From: a virus
Lineage: Duplodnaviria; Heunggongvirae; Uroviricota; Caudoviricetes
Virus record (IMG/VR): IMGVR_UViG_3300029305_004950
Coordinates: 255,627 to 319,626 of that record
Length of the DNA: 64,000 bases
Reading direction: 5' to 3' (one strand)
Shown here: piece by piece, positions 9,520 through 19,384 of the stretch
Layout of the letters: each line of letters starts with the position of its first letter
How positions within the stretch are numbered: position 1 is the first letter of the stretch
Translations under genes and position numbers: made by a program
The notes under the pieces: generated by a model
What the model was told of the DNA's origin: nothing
Database searches by the model: none
The model's input: only the letters and a program-made list of their open reading frames with translations

Positions 9520-11197
9520 AAGGAGGATGAAAGATGTGAGTTTCTATCAATTAGTAAAAACTATAAAATCTCAAGACTATGATGATGAGGGTAATCGTTT
9601 TGATGTAATAATGAAAGTATTAAAAGATGAAGAAACTGGTGAAAAGATAGTTGAAACTATTCCAGATCCAGATTTTACTTATTATGTAACTGATGATGAT
9701 TATGTATTAGATGAACAAGTAAACTATATAGAAAAAGAAAAAGTGCGAGAAATAACCTGTTCATCTAGTAATATAGTAAAATCTGTTGCATATGAAACTG
9801 GTAATGAAGATTTCTTCTGGAAATGTATTAAGAGTAAGAAATTTAGTGCAGCTAAAGCAGTATTTCTAGATCCTAATGTACATGGTTCTGATATTGACTT
9901 AGAAGATTACTATATTGGAAAACACTATAGTAAGTATCCAGTAGAACAATCTAAGAACGAATTTACTAAAGGATTTTTTGATATCGAAGTTGATTCTATG
10001 AAGATTCTAGGATTCCCAAATCCTGCAGATGCTGAATGTCCTGTTAATGCTATTTCTTTCTTTAATGATAGCAACATGACACTATATGGATTATTCTTAA
10101 GAAATTCTGAAAATCCCTTAATTGAAGAATTTGAAACTAATCGACTAAAAGATTTCAAGAAGAGAATGAAGCAAAAGTATAAAGATAAGGGTTTAGATAT
10201 AAAACTAAAACTAATCTGGTATAATGAAGAAGATGAATTATCTCTAATTGCAGATTTCTTTCATTTGATCAATCTTTTGAAACCTGACTTTGCTAGTGGC
10301 TGGAATATATTCGGATTCGATATTGAGTATCTAATCAATCGAATTGCTCAGTTAGGTGCTACCCCTAATGACATCATTTGTGCTGAAGATATTCCATATA
10401 AGTATTGTTATCTCAGTAAAGATACTAAAAATCAGGATCCTGCAGATAAAGGTGACTATTTCTCAGTATCTAGCTACACTAACTATCTAGACCAAATGTT
10501 ACTGTTTGCTAACTTAAGAAAAGGTGCAGGTAAGAGAGAATCTTATTCTTTGGATGCAATTGCATTTGAAGAATTAGGTGAGAACAAACTAGAGTTTAAA
10601 AATCCAGATACTACTACAAAGAATTCAGCATGGATGGATTATGAAGAATTCATTGAATACAACCTTCATGATACAATGCTTCTTCATATGATTGAAGCTA
10701 GAAATAAAGACTTCAACATGATTTATGCTGTAGCTGCAAAGACTGAAACTAGAATTCAGAAAGCACTAAAGAAGACTGTATGTTTGAAAAATCTAGCTAG
10801 AAGATTCTATTTTGACAGAGGTTATATCATGAGTAATAACCATAATACGAATTATGGTGGACTAAATGAAACTGTCAAGGAAAGCTTCCGCGGTGCGTTT
10901 GTGGCTAACCCCTTGTTAAACAAGCCTCTAGGTTTGGTAATTAACGGTAGTAAATCTAAATATATTTTTGAAAATGTCATTGACTTTGACTTAACTTCTC
11001 TATATCCAAGTATTATTCTAGCATTCAATGTAGATGCTACTACTCAGATTGGACGTATTGAATCTGATGAATTTGATAGTCCTAAGTTAGTTGATGACAT
11101 TGTAACTAGAAACTATATCAACATTGGTAAAGACTATTTTGATCTACCTAATGTAACAGATATGCTAGAATTACTAGAAAATAGAAAAATCGCATAA
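9509..11197 (+). CDS. Split family-B DNA polymerase, N-terminal part (3'-5' exonuclease plus motif A)
   Basis: ExoI FFDIEVD, ExoII GWNIFGFDIEY, YSLDAIA, ExoIII YNLHD, motif A DFDLTSLYPSII; motifs B and C are absent. Confidence 0.9.
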   Translation: MNHKRRMKDVSFYQLVKTIKSQDYDDEGNRFDVIMKVLKDEETGEKIVETIPDPDFTYYVTDDDYVLDEQVNYIEKEKVREITCSSSNIVKSVAYETGNEDFFWKCIKSKKFSAAKAVFLDPNVHGSDIDLEDYYIGKHYSKYPVEQSKNEFTKGFFDIEVDSMKILGFPNPADAECPVNAISFFNDSNMTLYGLFLRNSENPLIEEFETNRLKDFKKRMKQKYKDKGLDIKLKLIWYNEEDELSLIADFFHLINLLKPDFASGWNIFGFDIEYLINRIAQLGATPNDIICAEDIPYKYCYLSKDTKNQDPADKGDYFSVSSYTNYLDQMLLFANLRKGAGKRESYSLDAIAFEELGENKLEFKNPDTTTKNSAWMDYEEFIEYNLHDTMLLHMIEARNKDFNMIYAVAAKTETRIQKALKKTVCLKNLARRFYFDRGYIMSNNHNTNYGGLNETVKESFRGAFVANPLLNKPLGLVINGSKSKYIFENVIDFDLTSLYPSIILAFNVDATTQIGRIESDEFDSPKLVDDIVTRNYINIGKDYFDLPNVTDMLELLENRKIA

Positions 11198-11227
11198 TCA
11201 AGATTTATAAGTATATATTTTAAACTA

Positions 11228-11462
11228 GATTTAGAGATAGAATGAATAATCAGTGGAAGTTTTTTGTATCATTGGCACAAAAATCATTCATTCTATCTTT
11301 AAATCATCTTTTAGTTTTTGAATTAAAGAAAATCATTCGCTGTGAAAGTAACATCAAGCTTTAATGAATCAGTATATTGAAATGTATCAAAAACAAGTAA
11401 TGAATCATGCTATACTATATAGTATCAAACAAATAAAATGATCTTATCTTTAATTCAAAAAC
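11228..11462 (+). repeat. Two long hairpins containing a 36-nt dual-repeat (TIGR-like) mini-array
   Basis: AATGAATCA / 9 nt / AAWGTAWCA / 9 nt periodicity at 11331-11443, inside inverted repeat GTTTTTGAATTAAAGA...TCTTTAATTCAAAAAC. Confidence 0.5.
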
Positions 11463-11528
11463 AAATCACACACAGACACCAATAGTAGACTAATCGTACA
11501 TTGACAGGAGGAGAAATGATTATACGTA

Positions 11529-12227
11529 ATGGTTAATAGACTGACAGAATTTATAGCACAAACAAAAGGTATATCTACTAATAGGTATATATACTTTGAC
11601 CAAGGAATCTCTTATACGTATGATGAAGAACAATTAGTACAAGCATTTACAGATTTTAAAGAGGACAAAAAGGGTGGAGAATATTTTAGTGATAAAACAT
11701 TCAAGATTCAAGTAGACGAGTTTAATGATTTTCTAAAAGATTATAAAAAATCAGTTACAGGAATTAAGTTTGATGAAGATAACTCTATAGAAATCATTAC
11801 AAGTATTCCAAATACAAGTCTAAAATTCAAATGGGAAAAAACAGATACAGCAAAACTAAAGAGAATTAAAAACTTTTTTGAAGACTTAAATACAGAAGTC
11901 AAAAATAGAATTTTTGATTACAATTTTACAAAAGATGAATTAACAAAGTTTATAGGGGAAAAATCTAACAGAATGTTTGCTGATCTAGCAAACAATTGTA
12001 TCTCATTTACAGATGAAAATCTAACTAACTTTCTAATGATTTCTATATTTCCTAAGTATCTAGGAAAACTATTAGCTTCAACTAAAGAATTCAATCTAAA
12101 AATTTATAATACAGATAAAGAGTCTATATTTCTAATACACTATACAATTAGAAATATGAACATAACCTCAAACTACTTTGGGTTATGTTCAGATCTCATT
12201 CCATTAGAGGAAGGAGGTCTGGATTAA
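11529..12227 (+). CDS. Hypothetical protein (size and context compatible with a replication accessory such as a sliding clamp; unproven)
   Basis: 232-aa ORF with GGAGGAG RBS; no motif recognised. Confidence 0.6.
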   Translation: MVNRLTEFIAQTKGISTNRYIYFDQGISYTYDEEQLVQAFTDFKEDKKGGEYFSDKTFKIQVDEFNDFLKDYKKSVTGIKFDEDNSIEIITSIPNTSLKFKWEKTDTAKLKRIKNFFEDLNTEVKNRIFDYNFTKDELTKFIGEKSNRMFADLANNCISFTDENLTNFLMISIFPKYLGKLLASTKEFNLKIYNTDKESIFLIHYTIRNMNITSNYFGLCSDLIPLEEGGLD

Positions 12228-12424
12228 TGCCTATCGAAGTTGAACTAGATGTAAGCGATCTAAGCGAAAGCGAAAGAAAAGGTTAATGTTAAGTAAAGTT
12301 ACTAAACTTTAAATATAAAGGGGAAAGTATTTTATAATACTTTCCCTTTCTTTTTTTTTTACTTTATTTTTGAATATATATAATACATTAGATATGAAAT
12401 TAAAAATTCTTAAGGAGAAATTTA

Positions 12425-12613
12425 ATGAAAGGTAATTCTCATAAGAAAATTGGCTGTTGGGAGTGTTATTTCTGTGATTATTTGACCTGTAAAAAATTTC
12501 GAAAGGATTACAAATGTAAGCACTATAAAAAATCTATAAAAACTAAAAATATAAAAAGGAAAATGAGAAGAAAGGATAGAACAAATGAAGATACTTTACT
12601 TAAGATTAGTTAA
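12425..12613 (+). CDS. Small basic Cys-rich (putative Zn-binding) protein
   Basis: CWECYFCDYLTC...CKH; AAGGAG RBS. Confidence 0.6.
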   Translation: MKGNSHKKIGCWECYFCDYLTCKKFRKDYKCKHYKKSIKTKNIKRKMRRKDRTNEDTLLKIS

Positions 12614-15359
12614 TTCAGCTGGTATTTATGCAGGCACTAGTAAGCGAGAAATTGAGATTGATTTCACTAAAGGTAGTAACAATATTGTCATGCTTTTTGG
12701 TGGCAACGGAAGTGGTAAGACTACACTAGTTAGTTCATTACACCCATTTACTGGTACATGTAATGATGAACGAGACAGATTCTTTATTGAAGGTAAAGAT
12801 GGTGAAAAAGAAATCCATTATCTGCTAGATGATATAGTATATATGATTCGTCACTATACATCAGCTAAAAATAAGACTAAGTCCTATATTGCTAAGATGG
12901 AATACCAAAGTTATCTATCAAAACCTCAAGCTAAAGATGAAATAGCCGACTTATATGGTGAAGAACTTAATGAAAATGGTGGTGTTATTACTTTTAAAGA
13001 AGCTGTAGAAACTTACTTAGGTGTAGATGAGGAATTTTTTAAGATTTCTCGTATTGGCTCTAATGTAACTAACTTCATTGACCTATCTACAGCTAATCGT
13101 AAAAAGTATATCTCTACATTTCTACCAGATATCGATGAATACTTAAAGCGTTATAAGATCGTTAATGATAAGTACAAGATTATGACTAAAGAAATCAAGT
13201 ATTTATCAGACGAAATACTTAAACTAGATGATGAAAATACACTAAATCTAGAAAAGAATAGATTGGAAAAACAGTTAGAAACTATAAGAAAATCCATTGA
13301 AAAGTGTAATAACAAGATTGTTACTGCTAAAACTACAGTAAACACATTAGATAAAGATGGATTACTGAAGTCTAATAGATATGAAAATCCATATACTAAG
13401 GAATTAACTAAACTAGAAAAAGAGAAAGTTAAGATTGAAGAAATTACATCTAACTATTCTCTAGAAGAAATTGAAAAAGAAATAACTGAATGTGAAAAGA
13501 GTATAACTGAGTTTAAGAATAGTATCCTACTAGTTAGTGAAGGTTTAGGTAACAGTAAGGAAAATCTAGGTACTGTTTTAGTAAATATTAAAGCTAAACA
13601 GAAACAGTTAGATGGAATGGATAATGATGATCTAGAAAATCTAAGAACTATGGAGACTAAAAATCTTAACCGTCTATACATGCTAAATGAAGAATTGGCT
13701 AAACTAGATTTATCTAATTTCAAAACAGACTCTTTACTAAATGCTAAAGGTATACCTTTACTTGCTGTTACAATGAGACAAGTATACAATGTACTTGATA
13801 GTATCGAAAGTAGAATTAGTATTGAGTATAGAAATATACTAGAAAAGATTTTCATTACAAAGGTAATGACATGGAAAGATTTCTTAAATCAGCTAAATCA
13901 GTATAAGGTCGATATAGAAGATAAAGAAAAAGAAAAAAGAAATCTAGAGAATAAGCTATCAGAAGCTATTTCTAATAAGAAATACCTAGAAATTCTAAAA
14001 CAAAGACCTGCTGATTGTATTACTGATAGTTGTCCTTTCATTTCAACTGCATTAAAGTATCAGAATATTGAGGCTGAAATAGAAGAAATTTTTAAAGATA
14101 TAGCAAAAATAGATAGTGAACTAGAAACTTTAGAAAATAATGTCTATATCTTTGATAGTGTTAAGGAATTAATTCTTGAAATTGAAAAAGTATATAACAA
14201 TTACAAAGATGGATTCCCTCTTGTAAATGATGTATTAGCTAAAGTAAGTTTTACTTCATTCAATGATTTAATGAAGTATTTCTTAACTACATCTAAGATT
14301 GATCGTAAGTCTCTATTACTTGATGGTTCTGAGAACCTAAAGTACTTCGTTTCTCTAAATGATGAAATTTCTGGATTAAAGAAGGAAAATGAAGTAATTC
14401 AAGATAAGATCAAAGCTAATGAAAGTATTGATAAGATTCATAAGGAACTATCTAAGGAATTAAAGGAACTAGAAGACAAGAAAGAAAAACTAACAAAAGA
14501 AATTGCTAGATGCAATCTAACTATTTCTGACTATAATGAAAATAAGGATAAATCAGAGAGTAGATTAGTAGAACTTAATACAATTCTAGAATACTTTAAA
14601 GAAGAAAAAAAATTCTTAGAAAAGTATAATGAAGTAAAATCCAATTTTGATAATACTGAAAAAGTTCTATTAGAAATTTCTGATTTAGCTACAGTTGTAT
14701 CTGAACAAAAGGAAGAGAAAGATTCTTATAGTAAACAGTTACCTCTAATTGAGTCTGCTTTAGATAAGGTAAAGATTAAGATTAGTAAACTAAAGGAATA
14801 TACTGATCGTAAGAAAACACTAGAAGACAACTATGAAAAGACTTCTTGTATTAAAGATGCACTTAATCCTACTAAGGGTATCCCAGTGTATTTCATTGAA
14901 AACTACTTAGATAAGACTAAGTTCATAACTAACAATCTTCTAGATATTTCTCAAAATGGTAAGTTTGCCATAGCATTCGAGGTTACAGATAAAGACTTCT
15001 TCATTAAGGTCTATAAGAATAATGGTGATATTCTATCTGATATCTCTCAAGCATCTCAGGGTGAAACTGCTCTTACTTCTCTTTCTCTATCTCTAGCTTT
15101 AATCGAGCAGTCTATGAAGAAATACAACATTTTCCTATTAGACGAATTAGATGGAGCTTTAGATACAACTAATCGTAGAAGCTTTATCGATATGGTTCAG
15201 ACTCAAATGAAAGTACTAAATTCTGAACAAGTGTTTATCATTTCTCATAACAATGAGTTTGAGAATATCCCAATCGATATGATTCTGTTAAAAGATAATG
15301 GAATTGATGAAAACAATAAAGATTTTATGAGTAATAAAACTGTACTTTTTAAAGTTTAA
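12585..15359 (+). CDS. sbcC: SbcC/Rad50/gp46-like SMC ATPase
   Basis: Walker A GGNGSGKT, long coiled coil, central CITDSCP hook, signature ASQGE, Walker B LLDELDGALD, ISH switch. Confidence 0.92.
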   Translation: MKILYLRLVNSAGIYAGTSKREIEIDFTKGSNNIVMLFGGNGSGKTTLVSSLHPFTGTCNDERDRFFIEGKDGEKEIHYLLDDIVYMIRHYTSAKNKTKSYIAKMEYQSYLSKPQAKDEIADLYGEELNENGGVITFKEAVETYLGVDEEFFKISRIGSNVTNFIDLSTANRKKYISTFLPDIDEYLKRYKIVNDKYKIMTKEIKYLSDEILKLDDENTLNLEKNRLEKQLETIRKSIEKCNNKIVTAKTTVNTLDKDGLLKSNRYENPYTKELTKLEKEKVKIEEITSNYSLEEIEKEITECEKSITEFKNSILLVSEGLGNSKENLGTVLVNIKAKQKQLDGMDNDDLENLRTMETKNLNRLYMLNEELAKLDLSNFKTDSLLNAKGIPLLAVTMRQVYNVLDSIESRISIEYRNILEKIFITKVMTWKDFLNQLNQYKVDIEDKEKEKRNLENKLSEAISNKKYLEILKQRPADCITDSCPFISTALKYQNIEAEIEEIFKDIAKIDSELETLENNVYIFDSVKELILEIEKVYNNYKDGFPLVNDVLAKVSFTSFNDLMKYFLTTSKIDRKSLLLDGSENLKYFVSLNDEISGLKKENEVIQDKIKANESIDKIHKELSKELKELEDKKEKLTKEIARCNLTISDYNENKDKSESRLVELNTILEYFKEEKKFLEKYNEVKSNFDNTEKVLLEISDLATVVSEQKEEKDSYSKQLPLIESALDKVKIKISKLKEYTDRKKTLEDNYEKTSCIKDALNPTKGIPVYFIENYLDKTKFITNNLLDISQNGKFAIAFEVTDKDFFIKVYKNNGDILSDISQASQGETALTSLSLSLALIEQSMKKYNIFLLDELDGALDTTNRRSFIDMVQTQMKVLNSEQVFIISHNNEFENIPIDMILLKDNGIDENNKDFMSNKTVLFKV

Positions 15360-15555
15360 AAACGAACAAATTAATAGATCATCAATAAAATCATATTACA
15401 TTTTCTATTCTTAAAGATGACATTTTTATTTCCTTTCTTTTAACTTATCCACAATTAGAGTATCTAGATTTTCTGTCTAGATACTCTAATTTTCTTTTAA
15501 AAACAATACAATAAAGTATATAGAACTTCTAATACAGAAAGAAGGTTTGTTATAA

Positions 15556-16026
15556 ATGATTTTGAACGAGAATCAACGAGAAATGTATAAAAATTGTATA
15601 TTCCTGTCAGAAACTCCTGTACTAAATAATAGATTTTCTGGTGATGTTTTCAATAGAATGATTGCTAGTTGTGCTAAGTTTGCTAAATCCATTATCACTC
15701 AAGAGAAATTTAAGAAATCTAAAATGACTGGTAATCTAGCAGAAATCAAAGAACTACTAGAACCTGATTGCGTTCAAGCTTTCATTCTAGCTGGTAGTGA
15801 AGCTTGTAGAAGAATTCTTTTACCTTTTATAGCAGAATACTTTAGTAATAAAGCAGTTACTACTAAAGAAAAGGAAGCTAAGTTAAGTCAGTTAAAGAAT
15901 GATTTAAAAGAAGCTGAAAGAATTGCTAAAGAAGAATTTGATAGCAATTTAAAGAAAATCAATGAACAAGGTGTTAAGTTCTTTAAAGAAAACATAAATG
16001 AAGCTATTAAACCATATAAGCTATAA
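15556..16026 (+). CDS. Hypothetical, possibly virion internal protein
   Basis: Late-type motif at 15502-15513; MILNE/FLSE N-terminus like other head-type proteins here. Confidence 0.6.
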   Translation: MILNENQREMYKNCIFLSETPVLNNRFSGDVFNRMIASCAKFAKSIITQEKFKKSKMTGNLAEIKELLEPDCVQAFILAGSEACRRILLPFIAEYFSNKAVTTKEKEAKLSQLKNDLKEAERIAKEEFDSNLKKINEQGVKFFKENINEAIKPYKL

Positions 16027-16132
16027 TCTAGTTTATATAATTTATACTATACTTTTTTATGATAAAAATCTCCTTTTCTAACAGTTCTATAAATGTATTT
16101 TATAGAATTTGTATAGAAAAGGAGAAAATTTT

Positions 16133-16402
16133 ATGGCTAGTAGAGAACTTAAATATACAATCATTGAACATGTTGCTGATCTATGTGAACCTGATAACAA
16201 AGGCTGGGTCAAGCAAGTCAATATCATGACTTGGGGAAACTATAAGCAAGAAGTTATTGACATTAGAAAGTGGCAGTATAAGGATGATGGTAGTGTAGTT
16301 GCTGGTAAGGGTGTAACCTTAAATCTAGATGATCTAATTGCTCTACAAAAGATCAATACTAAGAATCTAGAAAGATACTTCACTAAAGAAGATGAAGAAT
16401 GA
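16133..16402 (+). CDS. PC4/YdbC-family ssDNA-binding protein
   Basis: GWVKQVNIMTW...IDIRKW...GKGVTL; start moved to ATG 16133 after AAGGAG. Confidence 0.85.
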   Translation: MASRELKYTIIEHVADLCEPDNKGWVKQVNIMTWGNYKQEVIDIRKWQYKDDGSVVAGKGVTLNLDDLIALQKINTKNLERYFTKEDEE

Positions 16403-16470
16403 TTGTTTTGAGAGTATAGGTAAATGATATAACCTATACTCTCAAAATTTTATATAAAGGAGAATCCTAT

Positions 16471-16782
16471 ATGATTACATGTGCATTTATTGAAAAGGAT
16501 TTTATTGATATATTAGAGGATGTTTTTAAAAGTGAAATTGAAATCTATAAATTAAAGTTTAAGATTTTAAAACTTAATGATTTAGATGTATTATTAATGG
16601 TTATTAGTGATAATAATAAAAGACGTATGAATAGTACTGTTATGGGAACAAATATCAAATTCAAACAGACATTGAATGATGATGGAAACTATGAGTATAT
16701 TATACAGATATACGATGACGATTTAGAAAGTCTATTTACAAAAATTAAGAAAACTATATTTGACATTTGTCTAATAAAGTAA
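16471..16782 (+). CDS. Hypothetical protein
   Basis: ORF with AAGGAG RBS. Confidence 0.6.
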   Translation: MITCAFIEKDFIDILEDVFKSEIEIYKLKFKILKLNDLDVLLMVISDNNKRRMNSTVMGTNIKFKQTLNDDGNYEYIIQIYDDDLESLFTKIKKTIFDICLIK

Positions 16783-16799
16783 GGTGGTGTGTAAATATA

Positions 16800-17963
16800 A
16801 TGATTAAAGTAAGACGAGATTTTAACAAAACAAAACCAAGAAGTCAAATGACTGAAAAAGAATTAGAGCAAGATGATATCCATAATTCTGATACAACTAT
16901 GGAAAAAATTCTTAATGCTAAGAAAATTCGTTATGAAATTCTAAATTCTTTATTCACTAAGATTCCTAAAAACATTACAACTGTTACCATGTATATTGAT
17001 GTTTTTAGTATCATAAACAATCTATACAATCCAAGTATTCTTGAAAACATTTCTGCATTTAATGATGAAAAATCTTTCATTTTCTCATCAAATCTGATCA
17101 ACCTAGCAGCACATTTTCGTAACTATTTTGCTACACGTAAACAGCTATACACCAATTTTGTATTTTTCTATTCAACTGAAAAGAGTGAAAAGGAACTAGA
17201 AATATATCCAGATTATAGAGAAGAGTTTTACAAGAAACGTTTAGATAACAATTCAGAATTCATTCTTATGAATAAACTGATCAAATCTAACTTAAATCTA
17301 TGTGAAATTCTTACTAACTATCTACCTCATATCTACTTTGTAAATACAAAGGAGATTAATCCTAACTTAGCACCTTATCACTTTATTGGTTGTCAAGAAT
17401 CAGACGAAATGGCTATTATATATTCTAATGATAAAGTACAAATGCTAAACTGTCTACAGAATAAGAATACTTATTTACTTACATCTAGTTATGGTAATGT
17501 AAACCTGTATAGTCAGAATGACTTAATAGAATTATTTTGTAAGAAAGATGAGTTTACTTTAAACCCTCAATTACTACCTTATCTATATTCTTTTAGCGGT
17601 CATAAGAAATATTCTATAGAAGGTTGTAAAGGTTATGCTGAATTAAAGACCTGTAAGCTATTCAAAAAACTATTAGATGAAAATGTAATTTCTAACATTA
17701 ATTATAAAGAACCTTCTATATTTCTTAATGAAATAAAGAGTTCTATAACTCCTGAACAATACCATATACTAGAACGAAATATTTCACTATTCCATGTTCC
17801 TACCATGTATATGTCATTATCTGATAGTGAAATCTTATCTACTTTTACAGTTAAAGATTTACAAGATATGAAATCTTTAGTAGATATAAACGCAGAATAT
17901 TATGAAAAATATCCTTTACATTTAGAAGAATTAATGTTAGGAGAAGAATATGAGTCGGTCTAG
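16800..17963 (+). CDS. FEN/T4 RNase H-like 5' nuclease fold protein, divergent active site
   Basis: YIDVFS, YPDYRE, SND and H3TH-like SGHKKYSIEGCKGYAE; start taken at ATG 16800. Confidence 0.55.
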   Translation: MIKVRRDFNKTKPRSQMTEKELEQDDIHNSDTTMEKILNAKKIRYEILNSLFTKIPKNITTVTMYIDVFSIINNLYNPSILENISAFNDEKSFIFSSNLINLAAHFRNYFATRKQLYTNFVFFYSTEKSEKELEIYPDYREEFYKKRLDNNSEFILMNKLIKSNLNLCEILTNYLPHIYFVNTKEINPNLAPYHFIGCQESDEMAIIYSNDKVQMLNCLQNKNTYLLTSSYGNVNLYSQNDLIELFCKKDEFTLNPQLLPYLYSFSGHKKYSIEGCKGYAELKTCKLFKKLLDENVISNINYKEPSIFLNEIKSSITPEQYHILERNISLFHVPTMYMSLSDSEILSTFTVKDLQDMKSLVDINAEYYEKYPLHLEELMLGEEYESV

Positions 17964-18016
17964 TATTTAAATACTAGACCGTTTTTTTTTTGAAAGGAAG
18001 GTGAATTTTTAGATAT

Positions 18017-19354
18017 ATGTCATTAAGCTCACCAATCTTATTAGGACCTAAATCTTATAATAACCAAATAAAAAATCATCATTATGTTCACAAAATCTCA
18101 TTTGCTGCAATTATTGGTAGCGAAGTAATGTATCTTTCTGATTCTATTTACGAATTTAAGATATTTCAATTTTATAATGATTTCATTTTTCCTATTGTAT
18201 CTGTTTCTATAAATTTGAGTCCAAATGAACACATGAAAATATGTAATAATGTAAATAATGTTAAGTTTAGACTAAATTTATATAAGATACCTATAACTGG
18301 TGATGTAGATTATGTAGTTAATGATATACATTATACTAATGCAGCTGCAGAATCTGTTTATAAGGATTTAATGTTAGAATTATCTGATTATGATAAAGCT
18401 CGTTTCCGTGATGAATCAGAACAATATAAAGGTGGCTTTATTAATGCTAAAAAAATACAAATACATCTAGAACTTTTTAAATCTGAGCATTTGGCTATAA
18501 ATAAAAAACCTATTACTGGAATTTACAATAATGTTAAACTAGATAACATGTTAGTTCATCTATTATCTAAAGCAAAACAAAAAATCTTAATACAAAAGTC
18601 TAATAGAAAAAATGAAATTATGAAACAGATAGTATTGCCTGGAAAGAATCTATCTCAGACAATACAGTATATACAAGATACTTATGGTATTTATAAATCT
18701 GGTTTAAGATTGTTCTTTGACTTTGATAGATCTTACTGTCTAACGCACGATATAAAGGAAAATGAACCAGTCGCAGAAGAACCACCTATAGAATACAAGA
18801 ATGTAATCTGTTATATAGGTAAATCTGCAACAGAAACATCGGGTTGTTATTTTGATAATGCTACTAAGACTTATTATTTGCTAATGCCAAACTCTGATGC
18901 TTTTACATTCAACGATAAGTCAAATAAGGATATTTATGGTAATGAAATGGTTATTCAATCTAATAATCAAGAGAAAAGAGAAGTAAATGTTGATGAATTA
19001 GAGAATAACTATACTGCAGAAAATGTCAATTTAGGTTCTTCTGATAGAGAAAGTAAGAAAAAATACTACTTTAATCAAAATACTAATACTTATGCTGAAG
19101 AAGAAATGTTATCAGCTATAAGTCGTAGTGAATTAAGATATGAAGGAAGATTCAAAGATATTGATACTTGGTTCTTAACTATGAACAAAACCATATACTT
19201 ATCATTTTTAGATGATTCCTATTCAGATTACAATGGTATGTATGAAGCTGAAAATATGTCAACTAACTTTGTAAAAATAGGTAAAGATCTATATGAAACT
19301 GATGTTGTAGTGTCTTTTGCAAGACTAACTAAAGACTATTTATCATTCTCTTAA
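18017..19354 (+). CDS. Probable baseplate hub-like structural protein
   Basis: Size, beta-rich pattern and YNGMYE near the C-terminus recall gp27/gpD hubs; weak. Confidence 0.4.
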   Translation: MSLSSPILLGPKSYNNQIKNHHYVHKISFAAIIGSEVMYLSDSIYEFKIFQFYNDFIFPIVSVSINLSPNEHMKICNNVNNVKFRLNLYKIPITGDVDYVVNDIHYTNAAAESVYKDLMLELSDYDKARFRDESEQYKGGFINAKKIQIHLELFKSEHLAINKKPITGIYNNVKLDNMLVHLLSKAKQKILIQKSNRKNEIMKQIVLPGKNLSQTIQYIQDTYGIYKSGLRLFFDFDRSYCLTHDIKENEPVAEEPPIEYKNVICYIGKSATETSGCYFDNATKTYYLLMPNSDAFTFNDKSNKDIYGNEMVIQSNNQEKREVNVDELENNYTAENVNLGSSDRESKKKYYFNQNTNTYAEEEMLSAISRSELRYEGRFKDIDTWFLTMNKTIYLSFLDDSYSDYNGMYEAENMSTNFVKIGKDLYETDVVVSFARLTKDYLSFS

Positions 19355-19384
19355 AAATGATGAAAGTGTGGTGTAGAATAGAAA

